DNA of 64,000 nt from Hyphomicrobiales bacterium (lineage in GTDB: Bacteria; Pseudomonadota; Alphaproteobacteria; Rhizobiales; JACESI01). The notes under the pieces are model-generated. The model did not search any database and was not told the DNA's origin. It saw only the letters and a list, made by a program, of their open reading frames with translations. The stretch is taken from NCBI GenBank assembly GCA_013911885.1, contig JACESI010000001.1, positions 242,966 to 306,965 of the forward strand, read 5' to 3'. Below, piece after piece: positions 18,054 to 27,857 of this stretch; the stretch's first letter is position 1; the number at the start of each line of letters is the position of its first letter. The translations under genes and the position numbers were made by a program.

Positions 18054-20171
18054 GTGCTGCACGGTCACGACAAAAATGAAATGCCTGCAAAGGATGCGGA
18101 TCTGGGTCTGCATGATCCGCTGGCCAGGTCGTTTCCCGCATCTCTGGAAGGGCGCTTCCTGTTCTGGACAGCCATTGCCTTTTCCGTGTTCCAGATTGCG
18201 ACCGCCGCTCATGTCATCGATTTCGCGAGCCAGATCGTGCGGGCAATCCATGTCGGCTTTCTGGTCCTTCTGACATTTCCCCTGATGGCGCTGGCGCGCA
18301 GAAAATCGGGCGTCTGGAAGGCCGCCGCATGGGCGATGGCGGTCGCAGGCGTGGCGGTCGCCGCCTACCAGTATTGGGAATATCTGCCGCTGACGCTGCG
18401 TGCCGGCGATCCGCTGCAGCGCGACATCGTCCTCGGCGTCGTCGCGCTTGTAACGGTGTTTGCGGCCGCATGGGTGATCATGGGCCCGGCGCTGCCGATC
18501 ATTGCCGGCTGCTTTCTGGCCTATTGCTTGTTCGGCCAGTATCTGCCCTCGCCGCTCAATCATCGTGGCTATGACTTCTCGCAGGTGATCGACCATATGG
18601 CCTATGGTACGGAGGGCATTTACGGGATTCCGACTTATGTGTCTGCGACCTATATCTTCCTTTTCATCCTGTTTGGCGCCTTTCTGGAAAAGGCTGGGAT
18701 GATCAAGCTTTTTACGGATGTATCGCTGGGTCTTGTCGGTCACAGGCTCGGCGGCCCCGCCAAGGTGTCGGTGATTTCCTCTGGCCTGATGGGCATGATA
18801 TCAGGTTCCGGCGTCGCCAATGTCGTCACCACGGGCCAATTCACCATCCCCTTGATGAAGAAATTCGGTTACCGCCCGGCTTTTGCAGGCGGTGTCGAGT
18901 CAACCGCCTCGATGGGCGGGCAGATCATGCCGCCGGTCATGGGCGCGGTCGCCTTCATCATGGCGGAGACGCTTGGTATCGAATATCATGAAGTGGTGCA
19001 GGCGGCGATCATTCCGGCGATCCTCTATTTTGCGTCGGCTTTCTGGATGGTGCATCTGGAAGCAGGAAAACATGGTCTTGTCGGGCTGCCGAAGGACGCG
19101 CTGCCGTCTGCGCTTCAGGCCGTCAGGGATGGCTGGTTTCTGATCCTTCCTCTCATCGTGCTCGTCTATTTCCTGTTTTCCGGCTATACGCCGCTTTTTG
19201 CGGGGACAATCGGACTTGCCCTCACGGTTTTGTTGATCCTCGGCGGATCGATTGCTCTTGGCTTTCCTTCCCCCATCATTCGCGTGGTTTTCTGGATCGG
19301 CCTCGGGCTGGTTGCAGCGGCCTTTCTGCAATTCGGCAATTGGGTGATGCTGATTGCGGTTGCGGCCCTGATCGGCTGGAATGCGCTGTCGAAAGGCGGC
19401 CGCGAAACCCTCGTGATCTGCCGCGATGCGCTCGCCGATGGCGCAAAGACGGCGCTGCCTGTCGGTATTGCCTGTGCCATTGTCGGCATCATCATCGGCA
19501 CGATGACCTTGACCGGCGCGGCAAACACATTCGGCCAGTTCATTGTCTCGGTTGGCGAGAACAGCCTGTTCCTGTCACTCGTCCTGACCATGGTCACCTG
19601 CATCATTCTCGGCATGGGCATCCCGACAATCCCGAACTATATCATCACTTCGTCGATTGCCGGGCCCGCCCTTTTGGAGCTTGGCGTACCGCTGATCGTG
19701 AGCCACATGTTCGTGTTCTATTTCGGCATTCTGGCCGATCTGACACCGCCGGTAGCCCTTGCCTGTTTTGCCGCCGCGCCGATTGCCAAGGAAAGCGGGC
19801 TCAAGATATCGATGGAAGCGATCAAGGTGGCGGCGGCCGGCTTCGTCATTCCATTCATGGCGGTCTATACGCCGGCCCTGATGCTGCAGGACGGCGGCCC
19901 GCTCGCTCTGTCGATCGGTTATGCCCCGGCGGTCGCCTATATCGTCGTCAAGACGGTGCTCGCCATCGGCCTCTGGGGTGCGGCCGTGATCGGTTATGCC
20001 GGATCGAACCTCAATCCGTTGCTGCGCCTGCTCGCCGCGGCGGCCGCGATCACGCTCGTCGCCGCCTTGCCGATCACCGATGAGATCGGCTTTGCGCTTT
20101 CGGCCGGCTTTATCTTTCTGGCATGGCGAAACAGGAAGAAGACGTCGCGCATTGCCGTTGCCAGAGCCTGA
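18054..20171 (+). CDS. TRAP transporter fused (DctQ-DctM type) permease, TAXI-associated
   Basis: 705 aa and highly hydrophobic throughout, with many TM segments. The GTG start is preceded by GGGAGGGA. It lies directly downstream of the TAXI receptor gene. Confidence 0.9.
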   Translation: MLHGHDKNEMPAKDADLGLHDPLARSFPASLEGRFLFWTAIAFSVFQIATAAHVIDFASQIVRAIHVGFLVLLTFPLMALARRKSGVWKAAAWAMAVAGVAVAAYQYWEYLPLTLRAGDPLQRDIVLGVVALVTVFAAAWVIMGPALPIIAGCFLAYCLFGQYLPSPLNHRGYDFSQVIDHMAYGTEGIYGIPTYVSATYIFLFILFGAFLEKAGMIKLFTDVSLGLVGHRLGGPAKVSVISSGLMGMISGSGVANVVTTGQFTIPLMKKFGYRPAFAGGVESTASMGGQIMPPVMGAVAFIMAETLGIEYHEVVQAAIIPAILYFASAFWMVHLEAGKHGLVGLPKDALPSALQAVRDGWFLILPLIVLVYFLFSGYTPLFAGTIGLALTVLLILGGSIALGFPSPIIRVVFWIGLGLVAAAFLQFGNWVMLIAVAALIGWNALSKGGRETLVICRDALADGAKTALPVGIACAIVGIIIGTMTLTGAANTFGQFIVSVGENSLFLSLVLTMVTCIILGMGIPTIPNYIITSSIAGPALLELGVPLIVSHMFVFYFGILADLTPPVALACFAAAPIAKESGLKISMEAIKVAAAGFVIPFMAVYTPALMLQDGGPLALSIGYAPAVAYIVVKTVLAIGLWGAAVIGYAGSNLNPLLRLLAAAAAITLVAALPITDEIGFALSAGFIFLAWRNRKKTSRIAVARA

Positions 20172-20172
20172 C

Positions 20173-20535
20173 ATGGCGCTCTGTGTGCTGGGCGCTGCAA
20201 AAGCGCTGACCCTTGCGGCTTCGAGCTTCACGCTCGCCTGGACCCATTCGGTCGAAAAGATCGAGTGGCGGGAGAATTGGACCGTCAGCGAAGCCGCGCT
20301 TCATCTCACCGAGGCGCGGGTCAAGGGATCGGGTGCCGGGATGGATCCGGCCGAGGGAGCCCGCCTGATTGACGGCTGGTGGGTCTGGACCCCCGACGTG
20401 CCGCCGGTCGATCACCTGCTGCTTGCTGCCTCCGGCGAAACCGTGTCAGCCTGGGAATTGTGCGCAGCCGGCACCTGCATTGCGCTCGGCTCCGTCGCCG
20501 GTGCTCCGATCGAGCTCAGGCCCTGTCCGCAATGA
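20173..20535 (+). CDS. DUF1850 domain protein (TAXI-TRAP associated, function unknown)
   Basis: 120 aa starting MALCVLGAAKALTLAASSFTLAWTHSVEKIEWRENW, typical of DUF1850. The ATG is 1 nt after the permease stop. The longer 19996 ORF overlaps the permease out of frame. Confidence 0.75.
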   Translation: MALCVLGAAKALTLAASSFTLAWTHSVEKIEWRENWTVSEAALHLTEARVKGSGAGMDPAEGARLIDGWWVWTPDVPPVDHLLLAASGETVSAWELCAAGTCIALGSVAGAPIELRPCPQ

Positions 20536-21740
20536 GCAAAGCCCGGCGTTGTGATTTTCTCGTTGCGGGTGCAGGCATTGTCGGCCTTGCAACAGCGCTC
20601 GAACTGCAACGCCGTCACAAGGCGGCGTCGGTGACGGTGATCGAGAAGGAAGACGCAGTCGCCCTGCACCAGACAGGGCGCAACAGCGGCGTCATCCACG
20701 CGGGCATTTACTATGCGCCGGGCAGTCTCAAGGCGCGGTTCTGCCGGGAAGGGCAGGCGGAAACGGTTGCCTTCTGCGATGAGCATGCAATTCCTTATGA
20801 AATCTGCGGCAAGCTTATCGTGGCACGCGATGAAACGGAGCGCGAGCGGCTCAGTGCCCTTCATGCCCGCTCAATGGCGAACAATCTGCCGGTTTCGTTG
20901 CTTTCCGGCACCGAGGCGCGGACGCTTGAGCCGAATATTGCAACCGTCGGCGCGCTCCTGTCACCAACCACCGGCATTGTCGATTATGGCAGGGTTGCGG
21001 TCAAAATGGCGGCGCTCTTCACCGGTCGGGGTGGCGTGATCGAGACCGGCGCCAGCATCATCGGCGGTATCGAAAAAGCAAATGTCACCGAGGTGCGGAC
21101 CAGCAAAGGCGCTTACGAATGCGCGAAAGCGGTGTTTTGTTGCGGCCTTCATGCCGATAGGGTAGCGGCAATGTTCGGTGCGCCCGCCCAGTTCCGTATT
21201 GTTCCGTTTCGCGGTGAATATTTCGCGCTTGCCAATCAGAAACCCGATCTCGTCGGCCGCCTCATCTATCCCGTACCGAACCCCGAGCGGCCGTTTCTCG
21301 GCGTTCATCTAACCCGTAAAATCGGGGGTGGCTTCACGGTTGGACCAAACGCCGTTCTTGCCTTCAAGCGTGAAGGTTACCAGAAGACGGATATAAGTGT
21401 GGCGGATATGACGTCGAGCCTGCTTTACCCGGGCTTCTGGCGGTTGATCGCGCGGAATTTCGGGCCAGCCATCGGCGAATTACAGGCCTCGGCCTTTCGT
21501 AGGCTCTATCTGCGGCAGGTGCAGCGCTATTGCGCGCATATCCGGGCGGAAGACCTCATGCCCTATCGCGCCGGCGTGCGGGCGCAGGCGGTTGCGCCTG
21601 ATGGCAGGTTGATCGACGATTTCCTGTTTTCCGAGACGCCGCATACGCTGCATGTCTGCAACGCGCCTTCACCGGCAGCAACAGCCGCTCTGCCGATCGC
21701 GCGCCACATTGTTGACCGGCTGGAAAAGCGCGCTGTCTGA
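20532..21740 (+). CDS. lhgO: L-2-hydroxyglutarate oxidase (FAD-dependent)
   Basis: 402 aa with Rossmann motif VAGAGIVGLATA. The block HQTGRNSGVIHAGIYYAPGSLKARFC closely resembles E. coli LhgO/YgaF. It overlaps DUF1850 (ATGA). Confidence 0.85.
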   Translation: MSKARRCDFLVAGAGIVGLATALELQRRHKAASVTVIEKEDAVALHQTGRNSGVIHAGIYYAPGSLKARFCREGQAETVAFCDEHAIPYEICGKLIVARDETERERLSALHARSMANNLPVSLLSGTEARTLEPNIATVGALLSPTTGIVDYGRVAVKMAALFTGRGGVIETGASIIGGIEKANVTEVRTSKGAYECAKAVFCCGLHADRVAAMFGAPAQFRIVPFRGEYFALANQKPDLVGRLIYPVPNPERPFLGVHLTRKIGGGFTVGPNAVLAFKREGYQKTDISVADMTSSLLYPGFWRLIARNFGPAIGELQASAFRRLYLRQVQRYCAHIRAEDLMPYRAGVRAQAVAPDGRLIDDFLFSETPHTLHVCNAPSPAATAALPIARHIVDRLEKRAV

Positions 21741-21789
21741 CTTGAGCGAACCTCGCCTGAAGCCTCATTCAATCCGATTGAAAGGCGCT

Positions 21790-24198
21790 CTAGCGGCGAA
21801 GCTGCCCGCCGGTTGCCTTTTCGACGGCAAGGACGATTTTTCCCGAAACGACCTCGATCTCCTCGTCGGTCATGGTCTTGAGGTCGGGCTGAAGCGTGAC
21901 TTCAATGGCGAGCGACTTGCGATCTGCGCCAAGGGCCTCGCCCTCGAAAACGTCAAACAGGGTGACATCGGCAATGAGTTTTCTGTCCACACCCCTCGCG
22001 GCACGCAAAAGCTGGTCGGCCTTGACGTCCTTATCAACCACGAAAGCGAAATCACGCCGGACTGGCTGAAGGTCCGATGCGCGCATGGCGCCCTTGGTCT
22101 TTGTTGGTTTGGCGCGGGGTTCCGGCAGCGCCTGAAGATTGATCTCGAATCCGACAATCGGGCCGGACACATCGAGCTGGCTGAGAAGCCGGGGATGGAA
22201 TTCCCCAAAGCTGCCGATGATGTTTTTCGGCCCCTGCTGGATCGTGCCCGAACGACCGGGGTGAAAATGCGGCGGCCCGCCCGGCACGATCTGTAGCGCG
22301 TCGACATTGGCCCCGAGATTGGCAAGAAGGCTGAGCGCATCCTGCTTTGCATCAAACAGGCTGACGGCGGGCGCGTTGCCGGACCAGTGCCTGCCCGAGC
22401 CGGATGCAGAGGCGGTGGCGCGGCGGATGCCGGCTGCGCAATCGTGCTGATCCTCAGGGCGGTCGCCATGGAAGACCTGCCCGACTTCGAACAGGGCGAC
22501 ATCACCAATCCCCCTGTCGGCATTGCGCTGGGCGGCGAGGAGAAGACCGGCGAGGAGGCTCGGACGCATGTCCGAAAGGTCGCTTGAGATTGGATTGGCA
22601 AGCTTCAGTGTCTCTGCGCCGCCGCCAAAGGCAAGCGCCTGATCATGGGCGATGAAGGACCAGGTGACCGCTTCCATCATGCCGCGCGCGGCAAGGGCGC
22701 GCTTTGCCTGTCGGTTGCGTTTCTGCGCAAGGGTGAGGCGTCCCGCGCCGATTACCGGCATCGGCGGCAAAGGCACCGACGGCACCGCATTGATGCCGTA
22801 GATGCGCACCACTTCCTCGACCAGATCGGCTTTCGCGAAAACATCCGGGCGGTAGCTCGGCACCGCGACCTTGAAAACTGGCGGCTGCCCGGAGACCCAG
22901 AAGCCGAGAAGTTCAAGAATTGCCTTGATTTCACGCGGCTCAGGGCGGATGCCGCCAAGACGCTCCACCTCCGATACCGGAAACTCGATAATGCGGTCCA
23001 CATTCGGCACTTCGCCGGCAATATGCACGTCACTCGCCTCGCCACCGCACAGATCAATCACGAGATGGGTTGCCTCATCAAGGCCGCGCAACATAAAATT
23101 CGGATCAACCCCGCGCTCGAAACGGTAGCGCGCATCGGTGTTGATGCCGAGCTTGCGCCCGGTGCGGGCGATATCGAGTGGTTCCCAGAGGGCGGATTCG
23201 ATCAATACATCCACGGTCTCATCCGACGATCCGGATGTGATGCCACCGATTATCCCGGCAAGGGATTCGATGCCGTGATCATCCGCGATGACCCCCATTG
23301 TCGGATCGAGCGCATAGGTCTTGTCATTCAGGGCTGAAAGTTCCTCGCCCGGTTTCGCCCGGCGGATCACGAGAGATCCTTTGACCTTCGCCGCATCGAA
23401 CACATGCAGCGGGCGGCCCCGGTCGAAAGTCATGTAATTGGTGATGTCAACGAGGGCGTTGATCGGGCGCAGGCCAATTGCCTTCAGTCGTTTCTGCATC
23501 CAGTCGGGCGACGGCCGGTTTTTGACGCCGCGCACGAGACGAAGCGCAAATGCAGGACAGAACTCTGGGATCTGGATATCGACGCTGACCGGGCAGGCGC
23601 CATTGCCGCGAATGGTCGGGATCGGGCGGTCTGTGAGCTTGCCGAAACCGCTTGCGGCAAGATCGCGGGCAATGCCGAAAACGCTCAGTGCATCCGGGCG
23701 GTTCGGTGTCACACCGATCTCGATCACCGGATCGTCCATTTTCATATAAAGAGCATAGGCCATGCCGACCGGCGCATCTGCGGGAAGATCGAGAATACCG
23801 TCCTGCTCATCCGACACTTCAAGCTCGCGCCCGGAACACATCATGCCGCGTGATTCGACGCCGCGGATCTTGCCGACCGAGAGGGTGATATCGAGGCCAG
23901 GAACATAATCGCCAGGAAGGCCAAGCACGCCCTTCATGCCCGCCCGCGCATTGGGTGCGCCGCAGACGACCTGGATCGCCTCCGGCCCGCCGACATTGAC
24001 CCGGAGCACCCGGAGGCGATCCGCATCGGGGTGCGGTTCGGCACTCAGCACTTCGGCGATGCGGAAGGCGGCAAGCTTCTTTGCCGGATCCTCGACGCCT
24101 TCGACCTCGAGACCGATCAGGGTCAATTGCTCAAGAAGGCGCTCCAGTGTGTCGTCGAAATCAAGATAATCACGGAGCCAGGAGAGGGTGAATTTCAT
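21790..24198 (-). CDS. pheT: Phenylalanine--tRNA ligase beta subunit
   Basis: 802 aa with the canonical N-terminus MKFTLSWLRDYLDF, tRNA-binding, B3/4 and B5 domains, and a C-terminal FDX-ACB domain. I trimmed the start from the 24318 ORF start to the ATG at 24198. Confidence 0.97.
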   Translation of the reverse strand: MKFTLSWLRDYLDFDDTLERLLEQLTLIGLEVEGVEDPAKKLAAFRIAEVLSAEPHPDADRLRVLRVNVGGPEAIQVVCGAPNARAGMKGVLGLPGDYVPGLDITLSVGKIRGVESRGMMCSGRELEVSDEQDGILDLPADAPVGMAYALYMKMDDPVIEIGVTPNRPDALSVFGIARDLAASGFGKLTDRPIPTIRGNGACPVSVDIQIPEFCPAFALRLVRGVKNRPSPDWMQKRLKAIGLRPINALVDITNYMTFDRGRPLHVFDAAKVKGSLVIRRAKPGEELSALNDKTYALDPTMGVIADDHGIESLAGIIGGITSGSSDETVDVLIESALWEPLDIARTGRKLGINTDARYRFERGVDPNFMLRGLDEATHLVIDLCGGEASDVHIAGEVPNVDRIIEFPVSEVERLGGIRPEPREIKAILELLGFWVSGQPPVFKVAVPSYRPDVFAKADLVEEVVRIYGINAVPSVPLPPMPVIGAGRLTLAQKRNRQAKRALAARGMMEAVTWSFIAHDQALAFGGGAETLKLANPISSDLSDMRPSLLAGLLLAAQRNADRGIGDVALFEVGQVFHGDRPEDQHDCAAGIRRATASASGSGRHWSGNAPAVSLFDAKQDALSLLANLGANVDALQIVPGGPPHFHPGRSGTIQQGPKNIIGSFGEFHPRLLSQLDVSGPIVGFEINLQALPEPRAKPTKTKGAMRASDLQPVRRDFAFVVDKDVKADQLLRAARGVDRKLIADVTLFDVFEGEALGADRKSLAIEVTLQPDLKTMTDEEIEVVSGKIVLAVEKATGGQLRR

Positions 24199-24280
24199 GA
24201 ATTTAGCGCATGCCCGATGTTGACGTGAAATAAACGATTGGGAAAGTCTCGTTGGAGATCCTGCCGCAAGCCCAGATGGG

Positions 24281-25363
24281 TCAGGTTGACAGCCCGCTGA
24301 CAAGACTTGGAACATCAAAGGGGCGGAAGCCGTAATGCCTCATCCAGCGGGCGTCCGCATCAAAGAAAGCGCGAAGGTCCGGCGCGCCGTATTTCAGCAT
24401 GGCAAGCCGGTCGATGCCCATGCCGAATGCAAAGCCGGAATAGCGGTCGGGGTCAATGCCGCCGAAGGACAGCACATTCGGATGGACCATGCCGGAGCCG
24501 AGAATTTCCATCCAGTCGTTTCCCTCACCGATGCGAACCTCGCCCTTGCCGAAAGTGCAGCCGACATCCACCTCCATGCTCGGTTCGGTGAACGGAAAGA
24601 AGCTCGGGCGCAGGCGCAGCTTGACGCTCGGGACCTCGAAAAATGCCTTGCAGAATTCCTCGAGCGTCCATTTGAGATGGCCCATATGGATCCCCTCGCC
24701 AATCACCAGACCCTCGACCTGATGGAACATCGGCGTATGGGTCTGATCGCTGTCGCAGCGATACGTGCGGCCCGGAATGATAACGCGGATCGGCGGCTTG
24801 GTGGTCTCCATGGTGCGGATCTGCACCGGCGAGGTATGGGTGCGCAGAAGAAGCCGTGATCCGTCTTGTTTTTCTTTCAGGAAAAACGTGTCGTGCATCT
24901 CCCGCGCCGGATGGCCTTCGGGAAAATTGAGGGCCGTGAAATTGTAGTAATCGGTTTCGATGTCCGGCCCATCAGCAACCCCGAAGCCCATGCTCGAGAA
25001 AATCGCCGTGATCTCGTCAATCACCTGAGTGACGGGATGGATGCGCCCTTCATCAAGCGGGTCATTGCGGACGGGTAGGGTGACATCGACGGTCTCCGAC
25101 AGGAGCCGGGCGTTCAGGGCGGCGTCACGCAGCATCTCCCGGCGGATACTGAGCGCTGTGGAGACCCGCTCTTTCAACCCGTTGAGGAGCGGCCCCATCT
25201 CCTGGCGCTGTTCCGGGGGCATGCTGCCGAGGGTCTTCATGCGCTCGGAAATCGAGCCCTTTTTGCCCATTGTGGCGACGCGAATCTCTTCCAGCGCGGC
25301 CTCATTGTCAGCGGCTGTGATTTGCGCGCTGATCTCACGCTCGAGTTCTGCGAGTTCGGACAT
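24281..25363 (-). CDS. pheS: Phenylalanine--tRNA ligase alpha subunit
   Basis: 360 aa with class II motifs [21 protein letters not shown] and [15 protein letters not shown]. Confidence 0.98.
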   Translation of the reverse strand: MSELAELEREISAQITAADNEAALEEIRVATMGKKGSISERMKTLGSMPPEQRQEMGPLLNGLKERVSTALSIRREMLRDAALNARLLSETVDVTLPVRNDPLDEGRIHPVTQVIDEITAIFSSMGFGVADGPDIETDYYNFTALNFPEGHPAREMHDTFFLKEKQDGSRLLLRTHTSPVQIRTMETTKPPIRVIIPGRTYRCDSDQTHTPMFHQVEGLVIGEGIHMGHLKWTLEEFCKAFFEVPSVKLRLRPSFFPFTEPSMEVDVGCTFGKGEVRIGEGNDWMEILGSGMVHPNVLSFGGIDPDRYSGFAFGMGIDRLAMLKYGAPDLRAFFDADARWMRHYGFRPFDVPSLVSGLST

Positions 25364-25504
25364 GAAAAAGCCTTGCTATGCCTTGCGATGATTGACTGGC
25401 GTTGATTGTCTCGCGTTTTACCAGATCAGCCGAGAAGGTCTACAGGCGATAACGGATTATCACGGCCTGAAATTTGCCAAAACAGGGACGGCGCGTTTTC
25501 CGGG

Positions 25505-25900
25505 CTACAAATTCTTGCGGAAACTCGAATCGGCGCTGGCTTCGGATTTTTCAAACATCATGCGGGTGGTCGAGAGCTCATAGCGCGTGGCAATGCCGTC
25601 ACTGTTCTTGTCAACGCGATGGAAAGCAACCGAGTAGAGCCTGAATGTGCGGACATAGCGGGCGTTGCGATGTCCTTCATTGGCAAGAAGATCAATCATA
25701 TGATTGAATTCTTCCTGCGTGAGCGTGTCGCTCCTGTCGACGTCAGCTACGGTAAAACTTTCACCCGTCAGGTTCTCTGCCAGAGCCGGGGTCGACAAAA
25801 CAGCACCGAGGATAACCCCCGCGGCAGCAATCTGGGGAAGAAGTTTGGTCAAAACGAATACTTTCTGATTTCTTAACAAATATATATAGCCCTCGTACAT
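25505..25900 (-). CDS. Secreted EF-hand calcium-binding protein (two EF loops)
   Basis: Carries a signal-peptide-like segment (KLLPQIAAAGVILGAVLSTPALA), a canonical EF loop (DKNSDGIATRYE) and a degenerate loop (DVDRSDTLTQEE). The start is uncertain: ATG at 25900 or TTG at 25852. Confidence 0.65.
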   Translation of the reverse strand: MYEGYIYLLRNQKVFVLTKLLPQIAAAGVILGAVLSTPALAENLTGESFTVADVDRSDTLTQEEFNHMIDLLANEGHRNARYVRTFRLYSVAFHRVDKNSDGIATRYELSTTRMMFEKSEASADSSFRKNL

Positions 25901-25971
25901 CGCAAAAACCAGTTAAAATTCGAACATTGCGTTCAACATTTCGAGCAGTGCCGGCGTTTTCCTGAAAGTTT

Positions 25972-25986
25972 GTTCTTGTATTGTTC
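25972..25986. promoter_or_regulatory. Candidate alphaproteobacterial LexA (SOS) box GTTCTTGTATTGTTC
   Basis: It matches GTTC-N7-GTTC with an AT-rich spacer. It lies in the AT-rich divergent intergenic region, 105 nt upstream of the ATG at 26091 and at least 72 nt upstream of the EF-hand gene start. Confidence 0.4.
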
Positions 25987-26090
25987 TATTTTTAGTGTAT
26001 TTTAAGACCGAATCGCACCGGTGAAACCGGTTAGACGGTGCAGGCCCCGAGGGTCATGCCACCGGTCTTACATCTCACGGAGGTAAACCC

Positions 26091-26558
26091 ATGTCGATGC
26101 ATATGCCCCTCCCCCAGTTTTCCGTACCACCGGCTGCGTCCGTCCAACCTGTTGCACCTTTTTCCTCGGTTTCCGCGTCATCCCAAGTGCACCCTCTCGC
26201 CAATCCGCATGTCCTGCTTGTGGTGCCGTTCTGGCTTCAGGGTGAGGCCCGGCGGTGTGATCTCGACAGGGTCTGCGTCCTTTTTGATGGCAGGCGGCGG
26301 ATCGGTGACAACAGCCTTTTGATGCTTGGCCGCGAACGGGTCAGCGCCGCTCATGGCGAGAGCGTGGCGGCCGATCTCGAAGGGCGCACGGGACTTTATG
26401 TTGTGGTCAAAGATCTGGAGCGGTTACGCGAAAATGTCTGCGGCACCATCCGCAGCATCGCGCAGACGCCGGACGGCATTCTTGAACTCGTCATGGAAAC
26501 CGGTGCCGGGCTCATCATCTTTGCACAGAAGGCAAAGCCCCTCGCTGTTGCGGCATGA
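26091..26558 (+). CDS. Hypothetical protein (Pro/Ser-rich N-terminus plus ~100-aa C-terminal domain of unknown family)
   Basis: 155 aa. A strong RBS (GGAGG) lies 8 nt upstream of the ATG. I could not recognise any motif. Confidence 0.6.
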   Translation: MSMHMPLPQFSVPPAASVQPVAPFSSVSASSQVHPLANPHVLLVVPFWLQGEARRCDLDRVCVLFDGRRRIGDNSLLMLGRERVSAAHGESVAADLEGRTGLYVVVKDLERLRENVCGTIRSIAQTPDGILELVMETGAGLIIFAQKAKPLAVAA

Positions 26559-26737
26559 GGGTTGTTACCTCGACTTTGGGTGAGGTAGTCGCGGCTGATT
26601 GTGTGCGACGTGATCGTTTACAGAAAAATAAACGGAAAATCCGCCGAAGGATCAGCGACGGACCTTCCCATTGCGAGAGCCTTCGTGATGTCTGGAAAAC
26701 CCCTGGACTGAATGATCAACGGCATGGCGCGCATTGC

Positions 26738-27610
26738 TCATTCTGCCTTGGCGAGCTTGTCCTGTGTCTTGTTTTGAAAATCACTTGCGTCGTGACGTTC
26801 ATGCAATTGCTGCGACGGCTCACCCCAGGTGCGGTTCACCATCCGCCCCCGCTTGACCGCGTCGCGCGCGGCGATATCCATGGTCCAGCGATTGACGTTT
26901 TTATAAGATGCGGTGTCGAGGAATTCGGCAGCATTATAGATCGTGTTCGAGACGAGTGCGCCATACCATGGCCATATCGCAATATCCGCGATCGTGTAGT
27001 CGTTGCCGCAGATGAACGCCTTGTCCGCCAGTTGGCGGTCAAGAACATCAAGCTGGCGTTTGACCTCCATGGCGAAGCGGTCAATGGGGTATTCGATTTT
27101 CATCGGGGCATAATGATAGAAGTGGCCGAAGCCGCCGCCTAGATAAGGCGCGCTGCCCATCTGCCAGAACAGCCAGGACAGGCATTCGGTCCGCATCTCA
27201 TGATCCTTCGGTAAAAGCGCGCCAAATTTCTCGGCAAGATAAAGCAGGATCGCGCCTGACTCGAACACGCGGGTTGGCGCAGGCGTGCTGTGGTCCATCA
27301 GTGCCGGGATTTTCGAATTCGGATTGACCGCGACAAAGCCGCTGCCAAACTGATCGCCATTGGAAATCTCGATCAGATGCGCGTCATATTCCGCGCCGCT
27401 ATGACCAAGCGCCAGCAATTCCTCGAGCATCACCGTTACTTTGACGCCATTCGGCGTCGCCAGAGAATAGAGTTGTAACGGATGCTTGCCGACCGGCAGC
27501 ACCTTGTCATGGGTGGCGCCCGCTATGGGCCGGTTGATATTGGCAAATGTGCCGCCATTCCCGGATGCCCAGGTCCAGACTTTTGCCGGGGTATATTCGG
27601 TATCGCTCAT
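26738..27610 (-). CDS. yghU: Glutathione S-transferase, YghU-like (Nu class)
   Basis: 290 aa. The region MSDTEYTPAKVWTW...GGTFANINRPIAGATHDKVLPVGKHPLQLYSLATPNGVKVTVMLEELL closely resembles E. coli YghU. I trimmed the start to the ATG at 27610. Confidence 0.85.
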   Translation of the reverse strand: MSDTEYTPAKVWTWASGNGGTFANINRPIAGATHDKVLPVGKHPLQLYSLATPNGVKVTVMLEELLALGHSGAEYDAHLIEISNGDQFGSGFVAVNPNSKIPALMDHSTPAPTRVFESGAILLYLAEKFGALLPKDHEMRTECLSWLFWQMGSAPYLGGGFGHFYHYAPMKIEYPIDRFAMEVKRQLDVLDRQLADKAFICGNDYTIADIAIWPWYGALVSNTIYNAAEFLDTASYKNVNRWTMDIAARDAVKRGRMVNRTWGEPSQQLHERHDASDFQNKTQDKLAKAE

Positions 27611-27857
27611 CGGAAGGCTCCTGAGGAAGATTTGAAATATCGTGAAAAGCCGGCCGGAAGAGGGTGGCGACATCCTCCCCTGATTAATCGACTTCAAACG
27701 GCAGCGAAACTGGCAAGCGTTGCTGTCACGAAGATTTCATCGCCTGTTCGGGTGTCAGTTCCGTATGTGCATCCAAACGCAGGCCGCCAGAGGCTGGTCC
27801 AGTCAGGACGTGACAGGGCCAGCAAGGCCCGCTAAACCATGATGAACCAGGGGATCA

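Noticed and set aside
26555-27142. A 195-aa + strand ORF follows the orphan gene.
   Set aside because: It is almost entirely antisense to the well-conserved YghU-type GST gene (26738..27610) and has no recognisable features.
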